64,000 nucleotides of DNA, taken from NCBI RefSeq assembly GCF_036321535.1, contig NC_087437.1:73286001-73350000 (forward strand), read 5' to 3'. A model generated the notes under the pieces. The model saw nothing but the letters and a program-made list of their open reading frames with translations. It was not told the DNA's origin and ran no database searches. The stretch comes from Camelus dromedarius (Eukaryota). Positions 51,918 through 64,000 of this stretch are shown here, one piece after another. The translations under genes were made by a program, and so were the position numbers. Within the stretch, counting starts at the first letter, position 1. Each line of letters begins with the position of its first letter.

Positions 51918-54399
51918 TAATTCACATCACAAGAGTGATCAGAGTTTAGAGGCTAGCGCAATCAAGGTAAGCTGCGGAGAGGTGGGGGTTAAACAGTATT
52001 GGTGAGAACCCGGGCTTTACCGGTGGGGTGGGAAGAGTCACGTGACCACCCTAAGGAGATGGGGTAGGTATGGGGGAGTCTGAGCACAGAGCACCAGATG
52101 GAGAGTTCCTCCAGAGCCACCTGGACCCTAGGTTATGGGAGCAACACAGTGAAAGCAAGCCTGAGAAATATTAATCTGACCAATGATGATGATCGTAATG
52201 ATGATGGTGAGTGTGGCAAGGTTTTTCAGAGCACAGGAGAATCCAGGATTTAACCAGCAGTAGCAGGGAGAAGAGAAGGGGAAGTGAGAGAAGGTGGAAA
52301 ACACCAACAGACCTACAGGCTTAAATCAAGTCTGCAGATGCTGCAAGCATGTACAAAAAGAAATAATTAGAGGAAAAAGAATCAATGGAGGCCATATACT
52401 TCATTAAAGGTTATTGGGACAGAAGGTATATTTGTCCATGAAAAGGAAAACAGTATGAATAACAGCAGAGATTATTATTATAGATTGAGTTGAATCATCA
52501 GAAAAAGCACATTCCATCCAGGAAAACAGAACATAGATTTTTTCAAAGCACAATAAAGGAGAAAGGTATACCCACTCCATTGTAGGAGGGAGTATATTAT
52601 AGAGGCCAGCTAAGGGGGAGAATTATAGTTCTTAAAGAGAGGACAAAGCCTGTAAAATCCCACAGTGGTGAATGAGCAGCTCATGTTACAGACAGTGAAG
52701 CAAATGTGAAGTTGCGGTGGAGGAGAAGGAACAGGGCTGCTACGCCCCGAAAAAGGTGGGTTACACTTTATGGGCCCCCATAAAAGATTAAAGTGACTTG
52801 GAGTTGAATCAAAGAATTCTGACTGAAAGGATCATGCATGATTACAGGGGAAAGAGTCAGAAGAGGTGAAAGCTGTTGGCCTGAAAATGACAAGATGCAA
52901 CAGAATGGGGAGGGGTTAAATGTTATCACATGGAGGGAAACACTGCTGCGCATGCGAAGATGAGGAGCAGCTGCAGGTTCAGAAATAGCCCTTCCTTGCT
53001 CACAGAGATGAAGCATGTTGTGTTAAAGAAGAGTGGCATGCACTTGGAAGAGGAGTCATGTTTTCCTAACAGACTCAGAACGGGTAACACATCAAAGAGA
53101 GTAAGCACCATCTGTGTATTCAAGGAAAAGGCATAATGTTTGCTTTTGATTGTAGCCTGTTTTTTTTTTTTTTAATGTTGCATTTCTATGTAAGTTATTT
53201 GGAAGAGAAGGGGAAAGGAATATACTCAATATAAGTGGCTTCAAAAGCTGCAAAAATCTTCTATCACTTTTCCTCCAAAGAAGCTCAGAGTACTTTGCTA
53301 GAATCTCATTTTCAGTTCCAAAAGGATTTAGAGGATTTCACAGTAAGTCTAGATGCTCCACTGTGTTCACGGAACAAATGAGGTCTCCAACCAATGTGCA
53401 TGGTGTGTGGCAGATCAAAGACAGACACCAACAGGAAAATTATATTTTCCTGATAACAATTTGTGGATGGAGAATTTTCAATAATTGATCCTAAAGACCC
53501 ACTTTGATTTTCTCCTTCTAAAATCAGTTTTAAATACCATACCATCTTATATTTAGTATAGTTTGGAGAAATAAAATTTTTTAAAAAGTACATATGGAAA
53601 TTCAAATTTCTTTTCTGTGAAACAGAATCCATGCTAACTTTAGACCCTTTAAATGTGTAGAAGTCGATGGAAAAAAATCTTTTTTTATTTTCATCCTTCC
53701 TCATCTAGACTTTGGCAAGTATCCAAAAGAAAAAGGAGGTGTAACAGCACAAAGTCCTCAACTTATTTTAAAATATCATTATAGTTGAATCTGCATTTAG
53801 TTCAAAACAAGAAGAGATGGCTCAGAATATTTAGATGATTAACGCCAGCAAATGCCTGAATGTCTCCCTATTTCGTGAAATGTTGAAAGAAATCTATCTC
53901 AAGTATTTGGCTACAAATCTGTGCAACAGACCTTTAACAGGGCAAGCTGGATGATGAAGTGAGTTGTTCTGAGAAAATGCATGTACTTCACATAGCAGCT
54001 AAACTTCTTTTCTGAACTTACTAGGAGATGACATATATACATTTCAACTGTTTTTAATTTAAGAGATTTTTCCTTATAAAGTTCTACCCATATGTGCCAT
54101 GAGGTCATATGATATCCTCCTTATAAATAGCTTTCAAATGGCAATCTGCACTGGAGTACAGTGCTCTGTTCTGTGCAGATGCAAAGGCACCTGATGTGCT
54201 GGGAAAGGACGATGAATTACATCGCAGCAGCTGAGCATCTTCCGGGTACAGTCTCAGAGGCTGTGGGAAAACATAGCTGCTAAAGTCTAAGATTGTTCTT
54301 AATAACTGATGAATCAGACAGAGCAGACTGGCTTAGCCCCTTTCATCTGAGGAATTCTAAAATGTTAGTGCAAGAAGAGCCTCAAGAATTACCCAGAAA

Positions 54400-55030
54400 C
54401 AAATGCCCTCTTTCGCATATGAGGGAATGGAGTTCCAGAGAGGTAAAGGGATTTCCCCAAGGACTCACCCATGACAGAACTGGGACACAAATCCAGATCC
54501 ACATCTCTTGACTCCCAGGCCAGTGATCTTTCCAATGTTTGCGACAGTGTGGACTCGAGTTAGACTGCCTGGGTTCTGACCTCGGCTCTCATAGCAGGGG
54601 ACACTGGTGAAGTCATTTAATGCACTGAACTTCAGTTTGCTCACATGAGAGGTGAGGATCGTGCAAGAAAGTGCCTCACAAGGTTGTTATGAGGAGTATG
54701 TAAGTTCATACATATAAAGCACTTAGGACAATGCCTTGCGTTTAAGTGCTAAATAAATATAAGATCTAATTAGTTAACATTAACATATACTCTCTCAGTT
54801 GGTAGGCAACAGTGAACAGAAGTTAAGAACCCAAACCTAGAAGCCTTTCACTAGAAATAACCTTGGGGAAATTACTTAACCCCCTGAAGCCTTAGTTTCC
54901 TCATCTACAGAACAGAGAAAATAGTAGTTCCTACCTGCGAAGGTGACTGTAAGGATTAAATGAGACCCTTCATGTGAAGTGTTTACAACAGTGCCTGGCA
55001 CACGAGTAGTGCTCAATAAATAATAGATAT
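54400..55030. mobile_element. Three adjacent MIR SINEs (one minus, two plus)
   Basis: Cores at ~54420 (minus), 54560-54760 (gttagactgcctgggttc…taaagcacttagga) and 54810-55025 (cttagtttcctcatcta…gtgcctggcacac…gctcaataaa). Confidence 0.8.
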
Positions 55031-55840
55031 TTTCACAAACCATAATTCAATGAAAACATAACTTTCTATCACCAACCTATTTCTTCCCTACTTAATACTG
55101 TCTCTCCCTCTACCTTTCACCTTTTTCCATCCTTATGCCCAATAAGTAAGAAAAGAGTAGGGAATTTATTTTTCAACATTAAAAGAAGGAAGGAAAAAGT
55201 TAAAACGAAGGAGGACTTCATTTAATATATAAATGGCCAGATTTATCCAAACATAACATTGGGTGACAGCTGACACTCTAGAGAGAAGAAAAAGTAGATG
55301 CATAAGGACACTGAATTCACCACATACCATTCAGGGCCTTAACCAAATATAGCAATAATTTTGTTAAATGCAGAATAAGCTAGTAAATGAACTAAAAGAC
55401 ACGCTTTCTCTCATATGCTGTCACTGGCAATGTACATTGGTATGAAGTATAAATTTGTGGGCAATAACCATAAAAATAAAAATCCATATACCCATTAATT
55501 TCCACTTCTTAGGGATTCATCTAATAACTATGCTTCCAGGTATGTAAAAATTAATAGTTGCAGCTGAATATAAAACTGTTTTCCTAATTCTTAGTTCAAG
55601 GTTCTAGGTATCTTTCCAGTACCTAGTCATATGTACCTATCATTGAGGATTTTAATGGAAAACTGATATCGTCACATTAGACCCTATATTCCGGTAACCA
55701 TGCTGATAATCTATCAATTTTCTACAATACTGCATTTTTACTCACTCTTGGGCAGAGTCTGCTAGGGGAAAAAGTGCTCATTGATAATATCACAGTATCA
55801 TGCTGGATTATGCTTAATGCCAAGTATTGATTTTAATTTT

Positions 55841-58120
55841 GGGGGGTGATAGCAGTAAGATGGTGGAGTAAGAGAGTCAGTCCAGCCTCAACCCCCCAAC
55901 AAAGATCAACAATGAGACAGCTAATCAAAAACAAAAACATGTCTCAGAGAGCTCAGGAGTCAACTCAGGAACTTTCAGCAAAAAAGCAGAACAAAGAACC
56001 CTGAGCATCACTACATGAAAAGGGAAGGAAGAATAATTTCATTTTGCTGCCTCATTCCATCCTGAGCAGGGCCAGGAGTGAACTTCCAGTTAGAAAGAGT
56101 TCCCTTTACTGGGAAAGAGAGAGTTGGGTGAACCACCAACTTCTCCAGCCTTTCGGCGCACCACATGAAGGATCTGCCTCGGATACACCCCACGCGGAGA
56201 CTGGCACAGCTGAGATGTATAGGGATGGCTAGGAACAAGGAGAAAGAGCAGGAGCTGCCAGTATCAGCCACACAGTGGAAGTAACCATGGTTTCCAGTGA
56301 CCTGCTCTGCAGATGAACCCAGCAGCTTTTGTCACTGAAGAAACCAATGGTCAACACAGCCACCATGAAATCTCTGCAGATTTCACCAGTTTTCATCCCA
56401 AAGTATTTCCGTTTTCAAACCACTAACCACCTGAGTCTTACCCTATTCCGTCCCCTCTCTGACTCCTCTGTAGTCCAGGATCCTCACTGGCAGCCAGCCC
56501 GGACTTCTGTGGCTGCATGGGTGCAAGACATAAGCCTAGACACCCCATGGATAACTCCTACCATGTACACATGCTTGGGCCAGTTGCTCTGGCTGTGCAC
56601 CTGCACAACACCAGCCTAGGCCCATTACTGGCCTCCACTGCCATGTGTGTTCCTGTAGCAAGATCCTGCAATCACAGAAGTACACACTGAGAGCTAAGGC
56701 CCTCACAGCTGCTAATGTGCCTACAGTTAGCCCCAGCTGTGGCTGCCTGCCATGGCCCCCACCACTACGTGTGTGTCTACAACCAGTGTCCTCTATGCAG
56801 GAATCTGCAGCTGGCCCCTACAGCCTGGCATATGCATATGACTGCCTCTGGCCACCACTGCTGCCTGCCCTGGTCCCTAACTGCTGGACCTGGATGTGCT
56901 GCTGAAGATCTCAACAGAGCTGTCCATGGACCACACAGTTGTCAATGCGGTGGACTCAAGTGGACCTTAGCCAAAGAGACATCATGCCCCATCTGACTCA
57001 GGGCTACAATATGCCCCAACATTTGGTTCCCTGAAATCAGTGAGCTTGAAGGAAGATCAATTGAAATTATTCAGAGGAGCAAAAAAGAATGAACAGGAAC
57101 TGAGAACGTCTACAGGACTTGTGGAACACTATTAAGAGAAACAACCTATGCATCACTAGCATCCCAGAAAGAAAAGAAAGGGAGAAAGGGGCAGAAAGCT
57201 TATTTAAAGAAATAATGGCTGAGAACTTCCCAAACCTAGGGAGAAATTTGGACATCCAGGTTCCTGAACATAATAGTTCACCCCATAATTTCAATCCAAA
57301 ATAATTTTCTCTGAGTCACATTATAATAAACTACCTAAAATTAAAAAGAGAATTGTAAAAGCAGTAAGAGAAAATTTTTTTCTCATACAAGGGAACTCCT
57401 TGTAATAATGCTGTAAGTGGATTTCTCAGCAGAAATTTTATAGGCCAGGAGAGAGGGAATAATAATATTCAAAGTGCTGAAAGAAAACAAAAGAAATTGC
57501 CAACCAAGAATACTTTACCAGCAAAGTTATCCAACTGAAATAAAGGTGAGATAAAACACATAAAAATATACAACACTGGTAAGGATAAGTATATAGTCAG
57601 ATTTAGAATACTATTGTAATATGATGGTATGTTACCACTTAACTCCAGCAAAAAGGATAAAGGGCAAAAGTATTAAAAAATTTTAGTTACAATTTCTTAA
57701 TGGATTCACAACAAAAAAGATGTATATTTTAACTAAAATCATAAGATTAGGAACAAAACAAGAGGGAAATAGGGAGTGGCTGATAGGAGAATACAAAGTT
57801 TCAGGTCAGGTCTGAGGAGCTAACATATAATATGGTGGCTATAGTTGATAATACTGAATTGTATAGTTGAAATTTACTAAGAGAATAGAACTTAAGTGTT
57901 TACACCAAAAAAAAAAAAAAAAAAAAAAAAAGAAGAAGAAGAAAGTAAAATGTGAGGTGATGGATGTGTTAATTAACTCAGTGGTGGGAATCCTTTTACA
58001 ATGTATACATGTATCAAATTGTCATAGTGCATACTTTAAATATATTATAATTTTATTTGTCAGTTATACCTCAATAAAGCTGAAAAAATAAATAAAAGCC
58101 ATGAAGGCAAAAAAAAAAAA
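55841..58120 (+). mobile_element. Old LINE-1: 5' UTR + partial ORF1 + 3' end, ORF2 absent
   Basis: Starts ggggggtg…aagatggtggagt (YY1-type L1 5' end). ORF1 relic WNTIKRNNLCITSIPERKEREKGAESLFKEIMAENFPNL at 57119-57304. L1MA-like 3' UTR at 57750-58100 with A tails. Confidence 0.85.
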
Positions 58121-58877
58121 AATCACCTAAAAAATCCTACCTGAAGATAAAAATATATTTTTTCATTATATACTTATGTATGCTATATATAATTATATAT
58201 AGATATGGATGTAACTTCAGTATCGGAAGAGCTTTTAAAATTATTTTATTCAACACATTTGTCTACAAGTCAGACCAAGTGATTTCCCAAATATTGTTCT
58301 TGAAATATACAGTATCTTAATCATTACAAATTTCTTATTCCATAACTTTTGTCTTCCATTGTGCAGCTAACAAACTTATGAAGCAGTGATGTCCAGTCAA
58401 AGTAACCAAGTTACTTATTTGTGTAAGTTACTATTTTTTTAAATTTCACAAGCATGTGTGAAGCAGTCAAATTAGCCCTCTGGGACAACCACAATTTCAA
58501 AGGCTTCCTCTGCTCTGCCAATGGCTAGTCAGTCAATTCTTCAAAATAAACAGGAAATATGGGTCAGTTTCAAACATTCTGTCCATGGTGTATTATTATA
58601 ATTCTTTTAGGAAAGCCATTTTGAAGAAATCCCTCTCATTCTGTAAGTAATAAAGATGTAACAAATTATGTGAAATTTGTTTTGCTTGAAAAATTTAATT
58701 GGCAAAGATACCAGGATATCCATATGGTGGCATCTTTGCCAAATGAACAATGCTAAAAGAATGATCTGCTTCTTGATTGAGGTTAAACTTAGCTGTTTTA
58801 ATAGTAAAAATTTTGACAATAAAAGATGAAACATGCATAAAATGTCCCATCACTTAAATATTCCTTTGCTTTAAGTC

Positions 58878-59235
58878 CAGTACCTGACTGTGACCCTATT
58901 TGGAAATGGGATCTTTGCTGATGTAGTCAAGTTAGAATGAAGTCATATGGGATTTGGGTGGCCCTTACTCCAATGATTGTTGTCTTTATAAGAGGGGGAT
59001 TTGGACACAAAGGGAGAACATCATGTGAAGAAGACTACAAGCCAAGAATTGCTGGTAACCACCAGAAGCTAGTGGAATGGTATGAAACAGGTTCTTCTTT
59101 AGAGCCTCCAGACACCTTGCACACACACATTGATTTGGGACTTGTGTCTCCAAAACTGTCAGAGGATAAATTTCCATTCTTTAAAGACACCTAGTTTATG
59201 GTAACTTGTTAAGGCAGCCCTAGGAAACTAACACA
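58878..59235 (+). mobile_element. MLT1B/C-type LTR
   Basis: tgtgaccctatttggaaatgggatctttgctgatgta…ttgttaaggcagccctaggaaactaacaca. Confidence 0.85.
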
Positions 59236-60244
59236 CATAGTCGGATACCTCTACTTCAGTCACAGTAGTTGTCAGTGGTGGGAATGTGGGGTAAGAAATC
59301 CCCTCTGAAGGCTGACTCTCCAAGACTCAGGGCAGTACATGATGGTGTATAGCTCAGAGAAATAAGACCAAAGGACTCCACATGGGAGGTGGCTTCAAGA
59401 CATAGCATATAAATGTTCAGTTAATATAATTTTATTTGATACAATTAAATATTTAAATTTTATGTAAATAATAAAGTGTCATGGTAACTAGACTTCTAAA
59501 ATGGTAAATGGATGGATACAAGTTTCAGATTCAAAAAAAATAAGTACAAGGAACAACAGACTTTAGATTTCTTTCTTGGAACTATGGTATTTTGCTAATT
59601 TTCTAATATTCATTCTAGTTTCATTAACTTGATTTCAAGCCCAATTACTTCTGAAATATAACTACCTTTCCCACTTTGTACTTTTGTACTTAAGTTTCTT
59701 TTTTGCTTTACAGACAGTAATTCTTTATTCTTATTGGACTTTTTTTTTTAAAGATTTACTTTGATAGTATTCTTAGTTTTTATTTGTTCCACTTCTTCCA
59801 CTGGGCAATCTTTTCCTGATTTTGAATTATGCCATTTATTCTTACAGATCAGATCCCTTCTATCTGTGTATGAAAAATAAGAAATCCTCTTTCTCAAAAT
59901 ATCTATCCATGTAATTGCAGTCATGACACTACACAGAAAAGAAAACATCATTGTGACATGAAAATAAGCATGAATGAGTGAATTCCTACTGAGACATTTT
60001 TTTCTTACTTAATTTTTTCTCATCAGCATTAAAGTCTTTGCCTTCAGTCTCTCATTGGTTATGAAATGTTGTGACTATCCAACAATGTATGGCAACTACA
60101 ATGCAAATATAATGTAAACAGATTGTAAAGTGACATTACAAGTCTTGCAAAGATTTACATTCCTATATTGATATCTACTGACTTTTAGTTTTATATTTAT
60201 ATCCTTCAAGAGGCTCTGATACAAGAGAACACATAAAGGAAGCA

Positions 60245-61695
60245 AACTGTATTTTCCAAAAATAGCTGAAACATTACTTCCAGTCACATATGCTTTAACA
60301 GAATATAGTTCCCCAGCAGTCCGTGTCACCACCTTACCTCATAACCCTGAATCTTGAGCTGCCATGTAAGAAATCTAGCTGCCCAGAAGCTATGGTGGAG
60401 AGTATGCAGAAAGAATGAGAGAGAGGGAGAGAGATCTTTGGGGGCAGGAGTATAAACTGTTCCAACCTCCAACTGTTTTGGAGTCTTCCCACCCCTGCAT
60501 CAGAGCCTTCAGATGTCTACAGTCCCAGCCACCATCTGACTGAAACTTTGCGAGAAACTCTGAGCAATAACCACCCACTGGCACCTAACTGCTCCTAGAA
60601 CATGATAGTAATCAAATGATTATTGTCCATTTAAGCCATTAAATTTAAGTAGTTTACTATGCAGCAACAGAAAAGCAACAGATTTTGCTAGCTGGAAATG
60701 AGAGGCTGTATAACAAAACCTTAAAACATGTGGCAGTGGCTTTGGGACAAGACTACAGGCAATAGTTGGAAGGGCACTGAAGAGATAATAGAAGCTGGAT
60801 GACCTTCAAGGAGGCTTTTGGTGTGCATTTAAAGAAAGATGAGGAAAATGCTATTGAAGCTGAAGGAAAGGGAAACTTATAGTATAGCAGGATAAAGTTT
60901 AGAAGCACTGCTGCCTGTGATGATGTAGAAAAGAATTATATAAATAATGGAATGGTAGATTTACCTTAGGTGATGTCTAGGCAGCACTCTGTAGGTGCCA
61001 GCCAGCTATTTTCTTTTAGCTGTATATGAAAGATTTTTTTTTTAAAGGAATTGTTTAAAATTCTTCATCAACTTACCTTAGGATAAGCAACAAAGTGTGC
61101 CTCCACCTCCCAGAAATGGCAAAATTTTGTCAGTTTACAGAGATAGAAACCTTCAGAACCTATGTGGAAATAGATGCTAAGGGTTTTGAATCAGGTAGAA
61201 AGAGTATAATGTTGAGCCGAACAAACCATCTTTAATACAGATGTACTAAGTCAAGATTCTTGATTCAGTATATCAAGTGGCTGGCAATAGTAGCTCTAAC
61301 AGCTTGGTTAGATGACTGAAATCCAGGCCCAAAAGCGGACTACACTAAAGGAAGGTGAAATTCTAGCATTTCCTTGGTATACTATAAAGCAAAGTATCCA
61401 AATCTTAAGGAGACCAAATGTTAAGGTGGACTTATCATGTGAGGCCTGTTTAGCGATCACCTAACTGTGCCCTCTGGGAGAGTCCTGAGAACAATCTCTT
61501 GACCAATTCTGTATGAAATGCATTCATGAGGGGGGCTCTGGCATCACTGAAGAGCTCTATCTCTGTAAGCCAAGAATGACTAGGTACTGCTGTCAATGAA
61601 CAGGGCTTCTAAATTAAATGGAGAAAATGGCATCCTAGGATGGCAGAGCCAAGTGGCAGCACTTAACCACTAGAAAAAGGTGGGTGTAGTCCCAG
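60245..61695 (+). mobile_element. MLT1 LTR (~60245-60680) followed by MLT1-int/ERVL gag relic
   Basis: The LTR ends tttaagccattaaatttaagtagtttactatgcagcaacagaaaagcaaca. Internal sequence starts gattttgctagctggaaatg. The gag-like segment ends gcagagccaagtggcagcacttaaccac. Confidence 0.8.
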
Positions 61696-62479
61696 ACTAA
61701 CAACCTTTGGGCACGAATTTTTCTTTGAAAGTCCAAATAAATACCTTCTGAGTATAACACATCCTTCACCATCAGATTGTGTTTGAAAAGCTTTAGAACC
61801 CATACATATTTTATTTCCTCCCCACTTCACTTGTATTCTACAACTTCACAGTTTTCCCTACTTTCAGGATTATCAGAGATGCAAGTTCATTCTTTCTCTA
61901 CTCTTGTTCTCAACAATTGCTTTTCCCTATACCCCATTCTATTTTTTCTCCTAATAGTTTTAATTTCTTAATTATAGGTTTTAAAATTAGAAAATATGAG
62001 CCCATATTTTGAAAAATCTACACAGTATAAAGCATATAAAGTACAAAGAAAAAAAATGACATAAAAAAGTGTTGATATGGAGCATGGGGAAAATAAGCAG
62101 TACAGAGGCATGAATGTTACAATAACTGATTTTGATGATCCAAATAGATCTTGACATCTCATTTACTTATTCTAAGAAATATCACTTCGGTTACCTATTT
62201 CTTCTCACACCAGCTCAGGGAATTAAAAAAAAATCACAGTTTCTGAATTTTTATTATATTAGTTAAAAAATCTGCAATAGATTGGAATTTTGATCTAAAA
62301 TAAAAGTTAAATTTAATGGAGAAAAACATAATTAAGTTAAGAAAAATCAATATAACTGAAAGGAAGATGTTTGGATTGAAAGGACAATCCTTTGTGGCAG
62401 GCTGTCAAACATACACACACACATGAATGAAAGCAGACCATTTTAACAGATGTACAGATATTAGACGAGAAGAGGTTAT

Positions 62480-62950
62480 AGTCCAAATATATTTGGCACT
62501 TACAATCCTGGAGTATTGCATTTCATTCCAGAAAACATATTTCATGAGAAATACTAAATTAGAACTTTCTCAGAGGAGAGGGACCAGAGAGGGAAGATAA
62601 ACTGTATCATACAAGGAATGACTGAAAACCCTGTAAACACTCAAGTTGGTTTTTAAACATACTGAGAGCAAGTCAGAAGAATTTACATATTTGAAAAGCT
62701 ATCAAACAATTTCTGAAGGGTTGTTGTAAGCATTTGAGGTGTGTAAAAAAAGGATCTGGGGTAAAAGAAATATGTTCTTAATAGCTGCAGCTTAAAAGGC
62801 CTAAAAGAATTTTAAGTATTATAGAAATCAGAATCGGGACTAACTAAGTTGAAAGGTAGCAAGATTTCTAATTTTCTAGCAATGTTAATTATCAAAAATA
62901 AAATATAATGCCTCGGGAGCTAGTAAAATTGTTAATGCAAGTGTAGCAGG
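62480..62950 (+). mobile_element. L3/CR1 LINE fragment
   Basis: cctggagtattgcatttcattccag…cagaggagagggaccaga resembles the CR1 ORF2 3' region. Confidence 0.45.
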
Positions 62951-63401
62951 TTAGGTAACCCATAACATCACATCTTTGTTTTTTTAAAAAACTATGTACT
63001 GTGGATCAGTGGCAATTAGTACATTATGGGAAAAAAAATACTACCATCAAGAACAGGATTACTCAGTTGCAGAGAACTTTAAAATAAAAATATAAACTTG
63101 AGTCACTTCTTACAGCATCCAAAACTGTATTACATATTCGTTATAAGTCCCTGTATACAAGCATTGTAACAGGAAAGAGAGTATACACTATAAGAACAAT
63201 TTTGGTATTTGGACTTCAAAGTATATACAGTACTTTGAGACATAAGGACAGAATAATGAAAATTAACCTAGTAGAGCAAAAATGGAAAATAAATTAAAGG
63301 ATAAGTTGCTTTTATATAAATTAAACAAATACAAAAGTAAGCTTATAAAAAGTGAAGTTCTAATTGGCCATTAGTTTATCTTCTTTGATGAAAAGTCTAT
63401 A

Positions 63402-63510
63402 CAGTCAGCCTTTCATAACCACAGGCTCCCTATTTGAGGATTCAACGAACTGTGGATCAAAAAAATTTGAAAAAAATTTCCATAGTTTCAAAAAGAAAAA
63501 CTTGAATTTT
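63402..63510. mobile_element. Tigger/MER2-like terminal fragment
   Basis: TA|cagtcagccttt…ggattcaacgaactgtggatcaaaaaaattt…aaaacttgaatt. Confidence 0.65.
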
Positions 63511-63600
63511 TTAACTCTAATAAATCTAGTTTATACTTTTTCCCTTTTCTATTCCATGTTTTTGTGTTCTAGTACGATTAAATTGTTTTGCAAATTGCGT

Positions 63601-63601
<1 letters not shown>

Positions 63602-63630
<29 letters not shown>
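63602..63630 (+). repeat. (CA)n microsatellite
   Basis: About 14 uninterrupted CA units. Confidence 0.95.
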
Positions 63631-63632
<2 letters not shown>

Positions 63633-64000
63633 TTTTACAATTTTACATGTAGTTTATACCTCAGCAGGAAGTAACCACAGCAAAATTTTTCAACCTTGTC
63701 GCTACCTTTTTTGAATACAGCCTGCAATTTTTCAAGTTCTGCTTAAAAGTGAAGCCATTACTTTAACATATTTCTAATGGGGTATTTGTGGTTTCCATGG
63801 GAACACATACATCAGTAATAAGGCATTTAAATGATTCAAATACATTTACATGGCATTTCTTTCAATAAACAGGATTGATAGCTTAAATAATTGCTGCCCG
63901 ACAAACATTTGAAATTGAGATTATTACCTTTGTAAAGCACCAATGAATTTAAAATAGGAATCATTATAAAGCTAAGTATTTCCTTTTAAAGAACTTTAAC

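Larger units (their letters stand above)
43281..64000 (-). other. NECTIN3: Long intron of NECTIN3 beta (upstream exon lies outside the window)
   Basis: I could not find the preceding beta exons (transmembrane and proline-rich IDLPPTHK-type segments) in this interval. The interval is repeat-rich. Confidence 0.75.

Noticed and set aside
1..64000. CRISPR arrays, tRNA/rRNA/snRNA genes, processed pseudogenes, prokaryotic or viral inserts
   Set aside because: None recognised by eye. Composition and repeats are uniformly eutherian. Infernal, tRNAscan or BLASTX runs would be needed to exclude faint cases.

Overview
Mammalian (eutherian) genomic DNA, most likely camelid: the youngest LINE-1 3' ends resemble the camelid type and I see no Alu, Bov-tA, PRE-1 or CAN-type SINEs. 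The only protein-coding sequence I can support is on the minus strand. It comprises the last two coding exons of the beta isoform of NECTIN3 (PVRL3): 43218-43280 (TEHLPLQTQFKEREVGSLQHS) and 42223-42402 (NGLNSRRF...INPREHYV*), which ends in the afadin-binding E-x-Y-V motif. Positions 43281-64000 are part of the long upstream intron. Positions 1 to ~40.7 kb are 3'-flanking DNA filled with old repeats (MIR, L2, L3/CR1, L1M, MLT1/ERVL-MaLR, LTR33-like, MER5, MER63, MER45, MER58, Tigger) and three younger L1 3' ends. The most notable non-repeat element is an orphan CpG island at ~16.7-17.3 kb with kB, E2F, CCAAT, E-box and CTCGCGAG motifs. Other observations are two spaced local duplications, candidate AG|GT recursive-splice sites in the NECTIN3 intron, and an ORF2-less L1. 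I found no clear evidence of a wholly new biological system. Repeat names come from recalled consensus sequences and their boundaries are approximate.
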